Shown one piece after another: positions 28,709-38,315 of a stretch of 64,000 nucleotides of DNA. The DNA comes from Planctomycetota bacterium. Lineage in GTDB: Bacteria > Planctomycetota > UBA8108 > SXIK01. The stretch lies in assembly GCA_965223845.1 (NCBI GenBank), contig CBDCXR010000004.1:3520001-3584000 (forward strand), read 5' to 3'. The translations under genes were made by a program, and so were the position numbers. The notes under the pieces are model-generated. The model saw only the letters and a list, made by a program, of their open reading frames with translations, was not told the DNA's origin and searched no databases. Every line of letters starts with the position of its first letter. Position 1 is the first letter of the stretch.

Positions 28709-30016
28709 ATGAATTACCTCTATCCGATCTTCCTCAAGCTCGAAGGACGCGACGTCCTCGTCGTCGGCGGCGGTCGCGTCGCCTCGCGGCGCATCGAGCG
28801 CCTCATCGAGACGGGAGCTCGCGTTCGCGTCGTGAGCCCGGAGGCGAGCTCGTCGGTCGAGGAGTCGTCGCGAGCGGGACGCCTCGAGTGGATTCGGCGG
28901 CGATTCGAGCCCCGCGACGTGACCCCGCAAACGACGCTCGTCCTCGTGGCGAGCGGAGATGAGTCGGTCGTCGACGCGGCCCGCCGCGCGGCCGCAGCGA
29001 CCGGCGCGCTATTCAATGCCGCGGAGGACGAGTCGCTTTGCGATTTCCACGTCCCCGCTGTCGCGCGCGAACGCGAAGTTCAGATCGCAATCTCGGCCGG
29101 CGGGCGGAACCCGTCGCTTGCTCGAAACATCCGACGTGAGCTCGATGCCTGGCTCCGCTCGAACGCGCCGGAGTTTCGCTCGTGCCGCCGTGCGGAGCGA
29201 CCCGAGAGTGCGCAGCCGGGGTGGGTCTACCTCGTCGGCGCCGGTCCCGGAAGTGCTGAGCTCGTCACCGTCCGCGCGCGCGACCTCCTTCGTTCCGCCG
29301 ACATCGTCTTCCACGATCGACTCGTCAGCCGCGAAATCCTCGACCTCGTTCCCGCAGACACGAAGCTCGTCTACGTCGGAAAGGAAGTCGGCGACGCGCA
29401 CCGCGAGAACATCGACCGATTGCTCGCCGAGGCGGCCGGCGCCGGGCGCGCCGTCGTGCGTCTCAAGGGTGGCGATCCGATGGTGTTCGGCCGCGGGGGA
29501 GAAGAGATGCTCCACCTTCGCCGCGCGGGGATCCCTTACGAGATCGTGCCCGGGGTCTCCTCCATCAGCGCGGTGCCGGCGGCCGCGCACATTCCGGTGA
29601 CGTTTCGCGGCGTGGCGAGCGAGCTCGTCGTGCGGAGCGGCCATCGCCTCCGGGACGAGGCTCCCGCGGACACGAACGACACGGTCGAGCGCACCTACGT
29701 TTACTTCATGGCGGTCTCGCGGCTCGACCGCGTCGTCGCCGAGCTCCGCCGCGAAGGCGTCGCCGGGTCGACTCCGTCGGCGATCATCGAGCACGGCACT
29801 TTGGGCGAACGGCAGCGACAGGTGGCGGCGGATCTCGTCGATCTCCCGGCGGCCGCACGGCGAGAGCAGATCGGCGCCCCCGCGCTGGTCGTCGTCGGCG
29901 ACGTCGTCCTCTTCCGCGAGCTGCGTCTATTCGAAGGCGATCTTCGAACCGTCGCCGAGGTTCCGGTGACGACGTCGTCGGCGAAGTCGCGATCTCCACA
30001 GGCGAGGACCCCATGA
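28709..30016 (+). CDS. cysG: Siroheme synthase (precorrin-2 dehydrogenase/ferrochelatase + uroporphyrinogen-III C-methyltransferase)
   Basis: Start reassigned to MNYLYPIFLKL. VVGGGRVA, LCDFHVPA; then VYLVGAGPG, RLKGGDPMVFGRGGEE, VPGVSS. Confidence 0.93.
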   Translation: MNYLYPIFLKLEGRDVLVVGGGRVASRRIERLIETGARVRVVSPEASSSVEESSRAGRLEWIRRRFEPRDVTPQTTLVLVASGDESVVDAARRAAAATGALFNAAEDESLCDFHVPAVAREREVQIAISAGGRNPSLARNIRRELDAWLRSNAPEFRSCRRAERPESAQPGWVYLVGAGPGSAELVTVRARDLLRSADIVFHDRLVSREILDLVPADTKLVYVGKEVGDAHRENIDRLLAEAAGAGRAVVRLKGGDPMVFGRGGEEMLHLRRAGIPYEIVPGVSSISAVPAAAHIPVTFRGVASELVVRSGHRLRDEAPADTNDTVERTYVYFMAVSRLDRVVAELRREGVAGSTPSAIIEHGTLGERQRQVAADLVDLPAAARREQIGAPALVVVGDVVLFRELRLFEGDLRTVAEVPVTTSSAKSRSPQARTP

Positions 30017-30843
30017 GCGGTGCCGCGAACCCCGAGCGACCGACGAACGAACCCGACGCTCGAGCGCCCGCGCCGCTCGCGGCGGGTGAGTCTCTGCGCG
30101 ATGCCGTCGCGGCTGCCCGCGCGGCCGGGACCGATCGCCGGCCGTCCGAACTGATTCCCTGGGCGCACGCCCTCCTCGGCGACGGGCTCATGATGAGCAC
30201 GGCCTTCGGCAAGAGCGGAATGTGCATCCTCCACCTCGTGCACGAGCTCCAGCTTCCGATTCCGATCTACTTCATCGACACCGCCTACCACTTCCCCGAG
30301 ACCATCGAATACGCCGATCAGCTCCGCCGCGATTGGGGCCTCGAGCTCATTCTCGAGCGGCCGAAGATCTACGGCGTCGAGTTCGTGAAGAAGTTCGGTG
30401 ACAAGATGTACGAGACGGATCCCGACTTCTGCTGCCAGAAGAACAAAGTCGAGCCCTTCTCGAATCTCCTTCAGCGCTACCGCGGCTGGATCACCGGTGT
30501 CCGGCGCGATCAATCGTCGACGCGCGCGACGGCCGAGCCGATCGAGATCCTCGAAGGCGGCAAACTGAAGCTGCAGCCGCTCGCGTTCTGGACCCGGGAT
30601 GATGTCGACGACTACATCGCACGTCACAAGATCCCCCTCCATCCGCTGTTCTCTCAGGGGTATACGAGCATCGGTTGCGCGCCGTGCACGCGGCCGAACG
30701 CGGATGCCGCAAACGAGCGCGCGGGGCGTTGGGCCGGGAAGGCGAAGACCGAATGCGGGCTCCATACGTACTGGAAAAAGAAGGGAAAGGACGTGAGCCC
30801 GACCGCGGCCGACGCGTCATCCGCCGGCGAATCCGCCGACTGA
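30013..30843 (+). CDS. cysH: APS/PAPS reductase, [4Fe-4S]-type (likely APS reductase)
   Basis: FIDTAYHFPET, CC (FCCQKNK), GVRRDQS, SIGCAPCT, ECGLH; ATGA coupling to cysG. Confidence 0.94.
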   Translation: MSGAANPERPTNEPDARAPAPLAAGESLRDAVAAARAAGTDRRPSELIPWAHALLGDGLMMSTAFGKSGMCILHLVHELQLPIPIYFIDTAYHFPETIEYADQLRRDWGLELILERPKIYGVEFVKKFGDKMYETDPDFCCQKNKVEPFSNLLQRYRGWITGVRRDQSSTRATAEPIEILEGGKLKLQPLAFWTRDDVDDYIARHKIPLHPLFSQGYTSIGCAPCTRPNADAANERAGRWAGKAKTECGLHTYWKKKGKDVSPTAADASSAGESAD

Positions 30844-30885
30844 TCCTCGTCCGGCACCGGCCGTCTTCTCGTCGCCCCGTTGCCG

Positions 30886-32472
30886 ATGCTTCCCCGCGAC
30901 ACTCCGTTCTACGGTCGCACCGACGCGCCCCATATCGCCCCCGCGCGGTGCGCGGCGTCTGCCGACGCGTCTCTCGTGCCGACAGACGTTCAGACGGCCG
31001 ACGAACGTCCCGTTCCCATCCGCTTTCTCGGTGGCTGGGCCCTTCACCGCGGCGACGGACTCCGTGACGCGATCGACCTCGCGAGTGCGGCGGGAGCGAA
31101 TCGTGTCCTCTACAACGGTTGGGGCTGGACGCCGAACGAGCGCGTCCGTCCCGGCGACGCGGAGCTGACCGAGTACGCGCGAGCGCGAGGCGTCGAGCTC
31201 GTCTTCGAGCTGAGGCGCATGAGCTTCGGCACGCGATTCGACATACGCGAGCCGGGCGCGATCCTCAGCGTCTTCGACGACGCCGTCGCAAGCGGATTCC
31301 GGGTCTTCGGTTTCCTTTTCGACGATGTGCCGTGGGAAACCGCGGACGACGAGTGCGGTCTCATCGCGGCGATCGACGCGAGACTGACCGAGCACCTCGG
31401 CGAACCGCCCGAGCTCTACTGCTGCCCCCAATTCTACTGGAACCCCGGTGAGATGAACTCCGCTTGGACCGGGCGAGCGGACGCGGCCGAAATCGAACGA
31501 CAAGCTCGGTACCTCGAGACGTACGGAAGACGACTCCCGCCGAACGTGCGGATCTACATTGCGAACTACTGGGGAGGACACCCTCCGGGCTACGAATCGG
31601 CGCTCGATCGCGAATTTACGGCGCGAGTGGGCAGAAAGCCGATCTACTTCGACAACCAGCTCATCAATGACTACCGCTCGGGCGCGTTGCTGCCCGTACC
31701 GCTCGTTGCGCGACCGCGAGACTTCGCGGATCACTACGCCGGCTACTACTTGAATGCCCCGCGACCGTTCGCCGCATTCGCGCCCGCGATCGCATCCGCG
31801 CTCGTATACGCATCGTCTCCGGGGACGTACGACCCCGCGACGGCGATGGGGCGATCGATCGAGTGGCTCTACGGGCCATCGAACGTTCGCGTCGGGCTCG
31901 CGCGAGAGGCGTTCGAGCTGACAGCACAGCTCGCGACGGAGTGGGCGGGCGGAGTCCACACCGCGGTGGATCACTACCGCACGATCTGGTCCCAGCTGCG
32001 AGACGGATCCCGCGGCTCGGCGGACATCGCAGAATGGCGCCGCACACTCGGGTCGGCGCGTCGACTTTGGACCGACGCGGCGGAGGAAGAGACCGAGAGC
32101 CTCAGCGCCGTAGGGCTCCAATCGCTCCGCGAGCTCGCACGCGGCTCGACGAGGCTGGAACGGGATCTCGATCTCTTCTCGGCGTATCTCGGGACCGAGT
32201 CGAACGCGAGCTTCGGACGCAGCTTCGACGCTGTCGCCGACGAAGCTCTCGCCGCCGTGGGCGAGCTGCTTCCGCGAGCGCCCGGTCTCGGCTCCCTGCT
32301 CCGGCGGTTCGCCGAGTTTCCGTCGACGACCGGCGCCGCCGCCCTCCCCGAACCGGCAAACTCACCGGCCTGGTCGTGGGTGGAGTACTTCTACGACAAC
32401 ACCGGACGTTCGCTCCGCCGGCTCCGCGGCGAAATGGACGCCACCCGCTCGGGCCGGACCTCGACTCGCTGA
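30886..32472 (+). CDS. Divergent GH84-like (beta-N-acetylglucosaminidase/O-GlcNAcase) domain protein
   Basis: FGFLFDDV (catalytic DD), CCPQFY, IYFDNQLINDY, GYYLN, then a helical region; no signal peptide. Confidence 0.65.
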   Translation: MLPRDTPFYGRTDAPHIAPARCAASADASLVPTDVQTADERPVPIRFLGGWALHRGDGLRDAIDLASAAGANRVLYNGWGWTPNERVRPGDAELTEYARARGVELVFELRRMSFGTRFDIREPGAILSVFDDAVASGFRVFGFLFDDVPWETADDECGLIAAIDARLTEHLGEPPELYCCPQFYWNPGEMNSAWTGRADAAEIERQARYLETYGRRLPPNVRIYIANYWGGHPPGYESALDREFTARVGRKPIYFDNQLINDYRSGALLPVPLVARPRDFADHYAGYYLNAPRPFAAFAPAIASALVYASSPGTYDPATAMGRSIEWLYGPSNVRVGLAREAFELTAQLATEWAGGVHTAVDHYRTIWSQLRDGSRGSADIAEWRRTLGSARRLWTDAAEEETESLSAVGLQSLRELARGSTRLERDLDLFSAYLGTESNASFGRSFDAVADEALAAVGELLPRAPGLGSLLRRFAEFPSTTGAAALPEPANSPAWSWVEYFYDNTGRSLRRLRGEMDATRSGRTSTR

Positions 32473-32488
32473 AGGCCGGTCGCCGAAG

Positions 32489-32875
32489 TCAGCTTCCCTC
32501 GGTCTCCGCCACGGCGGTCTCACCCGCGAGGGCGACGGCCTTCCCACAGTGGGGGCACTCGACGTCACCGTCGAGGCCGTTGATCTCCCGGTAGAAGCGC
32601 TGGAGATACGCGAGGTCGGCCGCGAACAGATTCTCGATCACGTCGGGCGAGACGGCGTCCCCCTCGAGGGGACCGAGTCGGACGACGACTCGCGCGAGCA
32701 GCAAGATGACCAAATACGCGCGGTTTCCCCGTACGCGCGGATCCTCGAGAGGCAGGATTTCGTCGCCGGCGCGCGCGAGACGCATGCGCCCGTCGCGGAA
32801 GAGCTCGCCCCCTCCGGCTCCGTCGCCGGAGTGCAGATAACCACGCGGGAGCGTAAACGCGAATTCCGTCTCCAT
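32489..32875 (-). CDS. Phage-tail/eCIS-type tail assembly chaperone-like protein with C-terminal CxxC
   Basis: TEFAFTLPRGY...GRMRLARAGDEILPLEDPRVRGNRAYLVILLLARVV...IENLFAADLAYLQRFYREING...CPHCG matches the family I recall from extracellular contractile injection system loci. Confidence 0.85.
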   Translation of the reverse strand: METEFAFTLPRGYLHSGDGAGGGELFRDGRMRLARAGDEILPLEDPRVRGNRAYLVILLLARVVVRLGPLEGDAVSPDVIENLFAADLAYLQRFYREINGLDGDVECPHCGKAVALAGETAVAETEGS

Positions 32876-32883
32876 GGGGCGAT

Positions 32884-32889
32884 ATTATA
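32884..32889 (-). promoter_or_regulatory. Perfect -10 box, 8 nt upstream of the ATG (near-leaderless)
   Basis: Minus strand GATATAATATCGCCCC-ATG; no SD. Confidence 0.6.
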
Positions 32890-33066
32890 TCCGAGGCGCC
32901 GTCCGAACCGTACGCCCGCGTTTCGTCGTCGAACGAGCATGCGGTTTCTACGGGCCGCCCGCCGCGAGACGAGCTCGGCCCGGTGTGCGGGTTCCGGGAG
33001 ACGTGGGCGGGAGCGTCGACTGCCGGTTGAAAAACCCCGCGGAGCGGTCGATAAATCAGAGAGACC

Positions 33067-33975
33067 ATGGGAATCCACGACCGCGAGTACTATCGAGCGA
33101 CGAAGAACGGAAACGCGCTCGCCCGGATCACCAGCACCGCCATCGGCACGATCATTCTGATCAATGTCGTCGTGTGGCTGCTTCAGGTGTTCACGAAGAA
33201 GGGGCTCGATCCCGGCCCGATCACTTCGTTTCTCGTGGCGAGCCCCGGCGAGGTGTTTTCGAGCTTCCAGGTGTGGCGCGTCGTCACCGCCGTGTTCGCC
33301 CACGACCCAGACGGTCTGTGGCACATCGCCTTCAACATGCTCGTCCTTTTCTTCGTCGGTCGAGAGATCGAGTCGATGCTCGGGACGAAGGAATTCTGGA
33401 TCTTCTACCTCACCGCGGGCGTGCTCTCGGTCCTCGCCGAAATCATCGTGATGCAGCTCACCGGAAGCGCGGGAGCGGTGCTCGGAGCGTCGGGGTCCGT
33501 CATGGCGGTGTTCGTCCTCCTGACGTTGTTCTATCCGACGCGGACGGTCCTGATCTATTTCGTCGTTCCCGTCCCGATCTGGCTTCTCTGCGCGCTCTTC
33601 GTACTCGGCGACCTCTCCTCTGCGCTCAGCATGAACTCGAACGGAGTCGCGAACTTCGCTCACCTCATGGGCGCGGTGTACGCCGTCTTCTTCAAACAGT
33701 TCGACTTACGTTGGTCACAGCTCAGTCGTCGCTTCGGGCGGGGACCGAGGCGGCCGAAGCGCCAGCGCGTGCGCGCACGCGCTGCGGCCGAGGGCAAGAT
33801 CGTTCCGTTCCGAGGCGAAGCGCCCCGCGACGCCTCGCACGAAACGCGGGAAGTTTCGGAGCGGATCGACATCCTTCTCGCCAAGATCTCCGCCGACGGT
33901 CAAGACAGCCTGACGGAAGAAGAGCTCGAATTCCTCCGCGAGAACTCGGGCCGATACCGGAGTCCTGATCGATAG
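33067..33975 (+). CDS. Rhomboid family intramembrane serine protease with C-terminal DUF6576-like tail
   Basis: MGIHDREY, QVWR, HIAFNM, GASG, AHLMG; tail IDILLAKISADGQDSLTEEELEFL. Confidence 0.94.
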   Translation: MGIHDREYYRATKNGNALARITSTAIGTIILINVVVWLLQVFTKKGLDPGPITSFLVASPGEVFSSFQVWRVVTAVFAHDPDGLWHIAFNMLVLFFVGREIESMLGTKEFWIFYLTAGVLSVLAEIIVMQLTGSAGAVLGASGSVMAVFVLLTLFYPTRTVLIYFVVPVPIWLLCALFVLGDLSSALSMNSNGVANFAHLMGAVYAVFFKQFDLRWSQLSRRFGRGPRRPKRQRVRARAAAEGKIVPFRGEAPRDASHETREVSERIDILLAKISADGQDSLTEEELEFLRENSGRYRSPDR

Positions 33976-34000
33976 TCGTCGAACGCGACTCGAGGAGAGC

Positions 34001-34546
34001 GTGGCCCGTCGCGAGAAAAGGCAGCTCGGAGTCGTTTTGACCGGCGGTCCCTGCAGCGGCAAGACGACCCTGGTGAACGAGCTCGAAGCGTGCGGCCATC
34101 GCGTCGTACGCGAGGCGGCGCGCGACATCATCGAGTCGACGGCGGAGCTGCCGGATCCGGTCGCGTTTCAGCGGGAAGTATTTCGCGTCCAGATGGCGCG
34201 CGAGTCCGAGGCCTTGGCTTCCCCCTCGCCGTCGGGGGCGGTGTTCTTCGATCGATCGATCGCAGACGGGCTCGCGTACCTCCGCATTCGCGGCCTCGAA
34301 CCGCTTCCCGAGATCGAACGCGCGTGGAAGGACCGACGTGCGAGCTACGATGTCGTCTTCGTGCTCGCCCTCCACCCCGACTATCCACCAGCGACGTATC
34401 GCCGAGAATCCCTCGCGGAAGCGATCGCGGTCCACGACGCCATTCTCGATGTCTATCGCGAGCGCCACCCGCGCGTCGTCGAGCTGCCGTGGGCGCCGGT
34501 CGACGCACGCCGCGAGAAAATCGACACGTTCCTCGCGCAACTCTGA
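34001..34546 (+). CDS. AAA_28/NadR-like P-loop NTPase
   Basis: LTGGPCSGKTT, EAAR, FFDRS, YDVVFVL. Confidence 0.85.
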   Translation: MARREKRQLGVVLTGGPCSGKTTLVNELEACGHRVVREAARDIIESTAELPDPVAFQREVFRVQMARESEALASPSPSGAVFFDRSIADGLAYLRIRGLEPLPEIERAWKDRRASYDVVFVLALHPDYPPATYRRESLAEAIAVHDAILDVYRERHPRVVELPWAPVDARREKIDTFLAQL

Positions 34547-34630
34547 CCGCGCGCCTCGCGACGACGATCGGCGCTCCGGCTGCTCCCCCGCGCACCCTTC
34601 TTCCGTGCGCTTGGGGTACACTGGTGCGCG

Positions 34631-36889
34631 ATGTCGAACCTACCCCACGCCCTCTCGCTCTTCATTCAACGCGCACACTCGCTCGCGGAGATTCTCCAGC
34701 ACACCGTCCGGCTGATCACGGAGGAGATGGGGACGGACGTGTGCTCGATCTACCTCCTCGAGCCGGGGACGAGATCGCTCGTTCTCACCGCGACGGAAGG
34801 ACTCTCGCCCAGTGCGGTCGGGAAGGTTCGTCTCGAGCTGGGCGAAGGCTTGACCGGTCGCGCCGTCCAAGAGATGCGCGCGCTCGCGGTCGAAGACGCG
34901 TCGTCGCACCCCGGGTACCGGTACTTCCCCGAGACCGAAGAAGAGCGATTCCACTCTTTCCTCGCCGTTCCATTGTCGATTCAGACGCGTCCCGTCGGCG
35001 CCATCGTCGTCCAGACGAGCACGACACGATCCTACCGCGAGGACGAGATTCAGACCCTCACGACGATCGCCGCGCAGCTCGTCGGCGTCGTCGAGAACGC
35101 GCGTCTCGTGGAGGCACTCGAGCGGCAACACGCCGATCGGTACCTCGACGGCCTAGCGACGTGGTCGGAAGGCACGGGACGAACGGATCTTCCCGACGAG
35201 ACTCTGCGCGGTACCGCGGTCTCGGCGGGAATCGCGATCGGGCCGGTCGTGCGTCGCGGCATGACCGACGTCTCCGTCGACAATCTCGAGCGATCGAGCG
35301 AAGGCTACGAGGCGGAGTGGTCACGCGTCGAAACGGCGATCTCGCTCACTCGCCGCGACATCGCGCGCATCCAGGAAGCCGCGGAGAAGGAGACGGACGA
35401 GGAGCACGCGCTCATCTTTTCGTCGCACCTCCTCGTCATCAACGACCCGGTCGTCCACGACCAAATTCGAGGCCGGTTGCGGGAAGGGCACCCCGCCGAA
35501 CGAGCGGTGTGGGACACGGTCGAGCGCTTCGTCGAGAAACTCGCGAGTGTTTCCGACGCGTACATCCGTGACCGCGTCGAAGATCTCTACGATCTCCGCC
35601 AACGATTGCTCTCCCACACCGGGAGTGAGCACTTCGAAAGAAACCTCGGCGAGAAGGTCGTCGTCGCGCCGACGATCGCCCCGTCGCTCGTGATCGAGCT
35701 CAAGGCCGAAGGTGCACGCGGGATCGTCAGTCTTCACGGCGGCGCGACCTCGCACGGGGCGCTTCTCGCTCGATCGATGGGAATCCCCGCGGTGACCGGA
35801 GTCGGCGCCGCCGCGCGGCGCATCGCTCCGGGCGAGCTCGTCGTCCTCGATGGCGGGGCCGGGAAGCTCGTCCGCTCGCCGTCGGCGGAGACCCTCGCTC
35901 GCTACGAAGCGCGCGCGCACGAGCTGTCGGAACGCGCGCGCTCGACGCGAAGATTCTTCTCGCTCCCGGGAAAGACCGCCGACGGCCGGAGCGTCTCCCT
36001 TCGGGCGAACGTCAGCGTCACCGCGGATCTCCGCACCGCGAGCGAGGTGGGAGCGGACGGCGTCGGCCTCTACCGGACCGAGTTTCCGTTTCTCATCCGC
36101 GAGCGCTTCCCGACGCTCCAGGAGCAGGTTCGCATCTACGAGAAGGTGTTCGAGCACTTTCCGCGCGGCCCGGCCCGCTTTCGCCTTCTCGACCTCGGCG
36201 GAGACAAACTCGTTCCCGTCGAAGGGATCGAGGCCGACCGCGATCCCTTCCGCGGGTTCCGGTCCCTGCGCCTTCTCCTCAGTCACCCGGAGATCTTGCG
36301 CGAGCAAGTCGCCGCGTTCGTCCGGGCCGCGGCCGGTCGGCCGGTCGAGATCCTCATTCCCATGGTGACGACGCTCCCCCACCTCCGTGAGGCGATCGCG
36401 CTCATCCGAGACGCCGCCGCGGACGCACCCGCGGGTTCGGTGAGCATCGGCGCGATGATCGAGGTTCCCGCGGCGGTCACTCTCGCCGGCGCATTCGCGC
36501 GCGAGTGCGATTTCCTCGCGATCGGCTCGAACGACCTCGTCCAGTACACGCTCGCCGTAGACCGCGAAAACGAACGCGCCGCGAGCGAGGACGATCCGTA
36601 CCACCCCGCGGTGCTGAACGCCATCGCTCAGGTCATCGCGGGAAGCCACGAACACGAGAAGCCGGTGACGCTGTGCGGTGAGATGGCCTCCGAGCGGCGA
36701 TTCGCGGCGTTACTGATCGCGCTCGGGATCGATGCACTCAGCCTCGCTCCCGGGGCGATTCCCGAGCTGAAGCGTCTCCTCAGCGAGACCGACATCACGC
36801 CGGTGGAGGAAGCGCGCGACTCGATTCTCGCGATCGAGACCGGCGGAGAGATTCGCTCGGCGCTCGCGCATCTTCTCGGCGAGGGCTAG
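34631..36889 (+). CDS. ptsP: GAF-containing PEP-protein phosphotransferase (enzyme I-Ntr)
   Basis: N-terminal GAF (VCSIYL, LGEGLTG, PETEEERFHSFLAVP); TSHGALLARS phospho-His; GVGLYRTEF, MIEVP, IGSNDLVQY, CGEMA. Confidence 0.93.
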   Translation: MSNLPHALSLFIQRAHSLAEILQHTVRLITEEMGTDVCSIYLLEPGTRSLVLTATEGLSPSAVGKVRLELGEGLTGRAVQEMRALAVEDASSHPGYRYFPETEEERFHSFLAVPLSIQTRPVGAIVVQTSTTRSYREDEIQTLTTIAAQLVGVVENARLVEALERQHADRYLDGLATWSEGTGRTDLPDETLRGTAVSAGIAIGPVVRRGMTDVSVDNLERSSEGYEAEWSRVETAISLTRRDIARIQEAAEKETDEEHALIFSSHLLVINDPVVHDQIRGRLREGHPAERAVWDTVERFVEKLASVSDAYIRDRVEDLYDLRQRLLSHTGSEHFERNLGEKVVVAPTIAPSLVIELKAEGARGIVSLHGGATSHGALLARSMGIPAVTGVGAAARRIAPGELVVLDGGAGKLVRSPSAETLARYEARAHELSERARSTRRFFSLPGKTADGRSVSLRANVSVTADLRTASEVGADGVGLYRTEFPFLIRERFPTLQEQVRIYEKVFEHFPRGPARFRLLDLGGDKLVPVEGIEADRDPFRGFRSLRLLLSHPEILREQVAAFVRAAAGRPVEILIPMVTTLPHLREAIALIRDAAADAPAGSVSIGAMIEVPAAVTLAGAFARECDFLAIGSNDLVQYTLAVDRENERAASEDDPYHPAVLNAIAQVIAGSHEHEKPVTLCGEMASERRFAALLIALGIDALSLAPGAIPELKRLLSETDITPVEEARDSILAIETGGEIRSALAHLLGEG

Positions 36890-36912
36890 CGGGTCCTCAC
36901 GCTCCCCTGTCC

Positions 36913-38088
36913 TCAATCGAATCGCCATTCGAGCGCGAGGTGGAACGCTACGTCCGGCGAGGCCGCGCTGCTCAAATCCTCCGAGAATCCAACGCGGATG
37001 AGACCTCGTTCCCCGAGGTCGACCGCGACACCGAGCGTGCCGATGACCTGGATGAGATCGAGCTCCTCGACGTCGGTATCCTCGAATACATTGCTGATCG
37101 CATCGATCTGAACGAGGATCGCAACCGGGTCGGCGACGCGCCACTCGATCGCTCCGGCGGTCGAGAACACGAAGTCGGCGAAGTCGAGCCCTGCGCGGCG
37201 GAGGCGCCGCGGACGATCGTAGAAGAGCGCGTCGGCGTTCCAGTAGAGCGATACGTCTTCGAAGTCGCGCTGCACGATGAAGCCGACGCTTCCGTCGACG
37301 CCTCCGCTCCCGAACCCGCTTCGCCGATCTCCGGTGGGGAGCTCGATACCGGCGCGCGCCGCGATCGTGAACGGAGACACCCCCTGCTCGAAAAGGCGGT
37401 ACTTGAGTTCGATCGGCAGATCGACGAGGGCGAAGCGATCTTCCGCGAGCTTGTACACCGTCCGGCCGCCGGCGGTCACTACGTGGTGGAACTGGTCGTC
37501 CTCCGCCGTATCGCTCCGGGGGAGTCCGGTCGTGCGGTGAAAACCATCGATCCCATCGTCGAGAAACCCGCTCGTCGTATAGTGAAACGGCACGCCGATC
37601 GTGAGCTCGAGGCCCTCGGCGATCGCGTACGTAACGGCGAGGTCCCAGCGGAGGATCTCACCGTCAAACATCGCGTCGGCTTTCGCGCTTCGCGAGCCGT
37701 CGGAAATGGACGCGTACTGAAGCGACGTCCGAGCCCGCAGCTCGCCCGGGGCGAGGGTCGCGGCTCGGTCGGCCACCGGGTGGTAAAAGATGAGTGAGAG
37801 TCCACCCAGCGATCGGACGGGAAACGGTCCGACGCTGCGGGGCAGTTCGCGACGTGCGCCGGTCGCCGGTCCGCTCTCCAGCTCGTCCTCGGAATTCCCG
37901 CGCTCGTCCACGGATTCGTCAGATTCGGTCGGCGCGGGTTCCGAGAGGGCGAGAGCAAGCGCGGTCGACTCGTCGCCCGCGAGACGCGCAAACTCCGGGA
38001 AAACGAGTCCCACGATCACGATCGCGACGACGCGCGCGCAGCCGCGTCGCGCTCGGGACGTCGATCGAAGGGCGTTCGCGATCGTCAC
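36913..38088 (-). CDS. DUF3187-like outer-membrane beta-barrel protein
   Basis: GTG 38088 with AGGAG SD; FDGE, GFLDDGIDGFH, IELPTGD...FGSGGVD, terminal WRFD. Confidence 0.75.
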   Translation of the reverse strand: MTIANALRSTSRARRGCARVVAIVIVGLVFPEFARLAGDESTALALALSEPAPTESDESVDERGNSEDELESGPATGARRELPRSVGPFPVRSLGGLSLIFYHPVADRAATLAPGELRARTSLQYASISDGSRSAKADAMFDGEILRWDLAVTYAIAEGLELTIGVPFHYTTSGFLDDGIDGFHRTTGLPRSDTAEDDQFHHVVTAGGRTVYKLAEDRFALVDLPIELKYRLFEQGVSPFTIAARAGIELPTGDRRSGFGSGGVDGSVGFIVQRDFEDVSLYWNADALFYDRPRRLRRAGLDFADFVFSTAGAIEWRVADPVAILVQIDAISNVFEDTDVEELDLIQVIGTLGVAVDLGERGLIRVGFSEDLSSAASPDVAFHLALEWRFD

Positions 38089-38315
38089 CGGGGCTCTCCT
38101 CACCTGCTCGCTCGTCGACCGCACCATCGCGCTCGGCGCCTCCGCGGTCGGCGCTCGCTCCTCTCGCCGCGCGGCGCACCGACGCGCAGAACGGTCGCGT
38201 GGTACCACAGCGGCTCGCGTCAGTGCAAGCACGCGCGACGACTGGGTCGCGATGACGCGACGATACTCGATCGCGCGTGTCCGCCGTTGCGGGCGCGCAA
38301 CGGAGCGAGTCCAAT

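Noticed and set aside
32489-32875. Prophage
   Set aside because: A single tail-related gene only; no other phage genes, att sites or obvious compositional shift.
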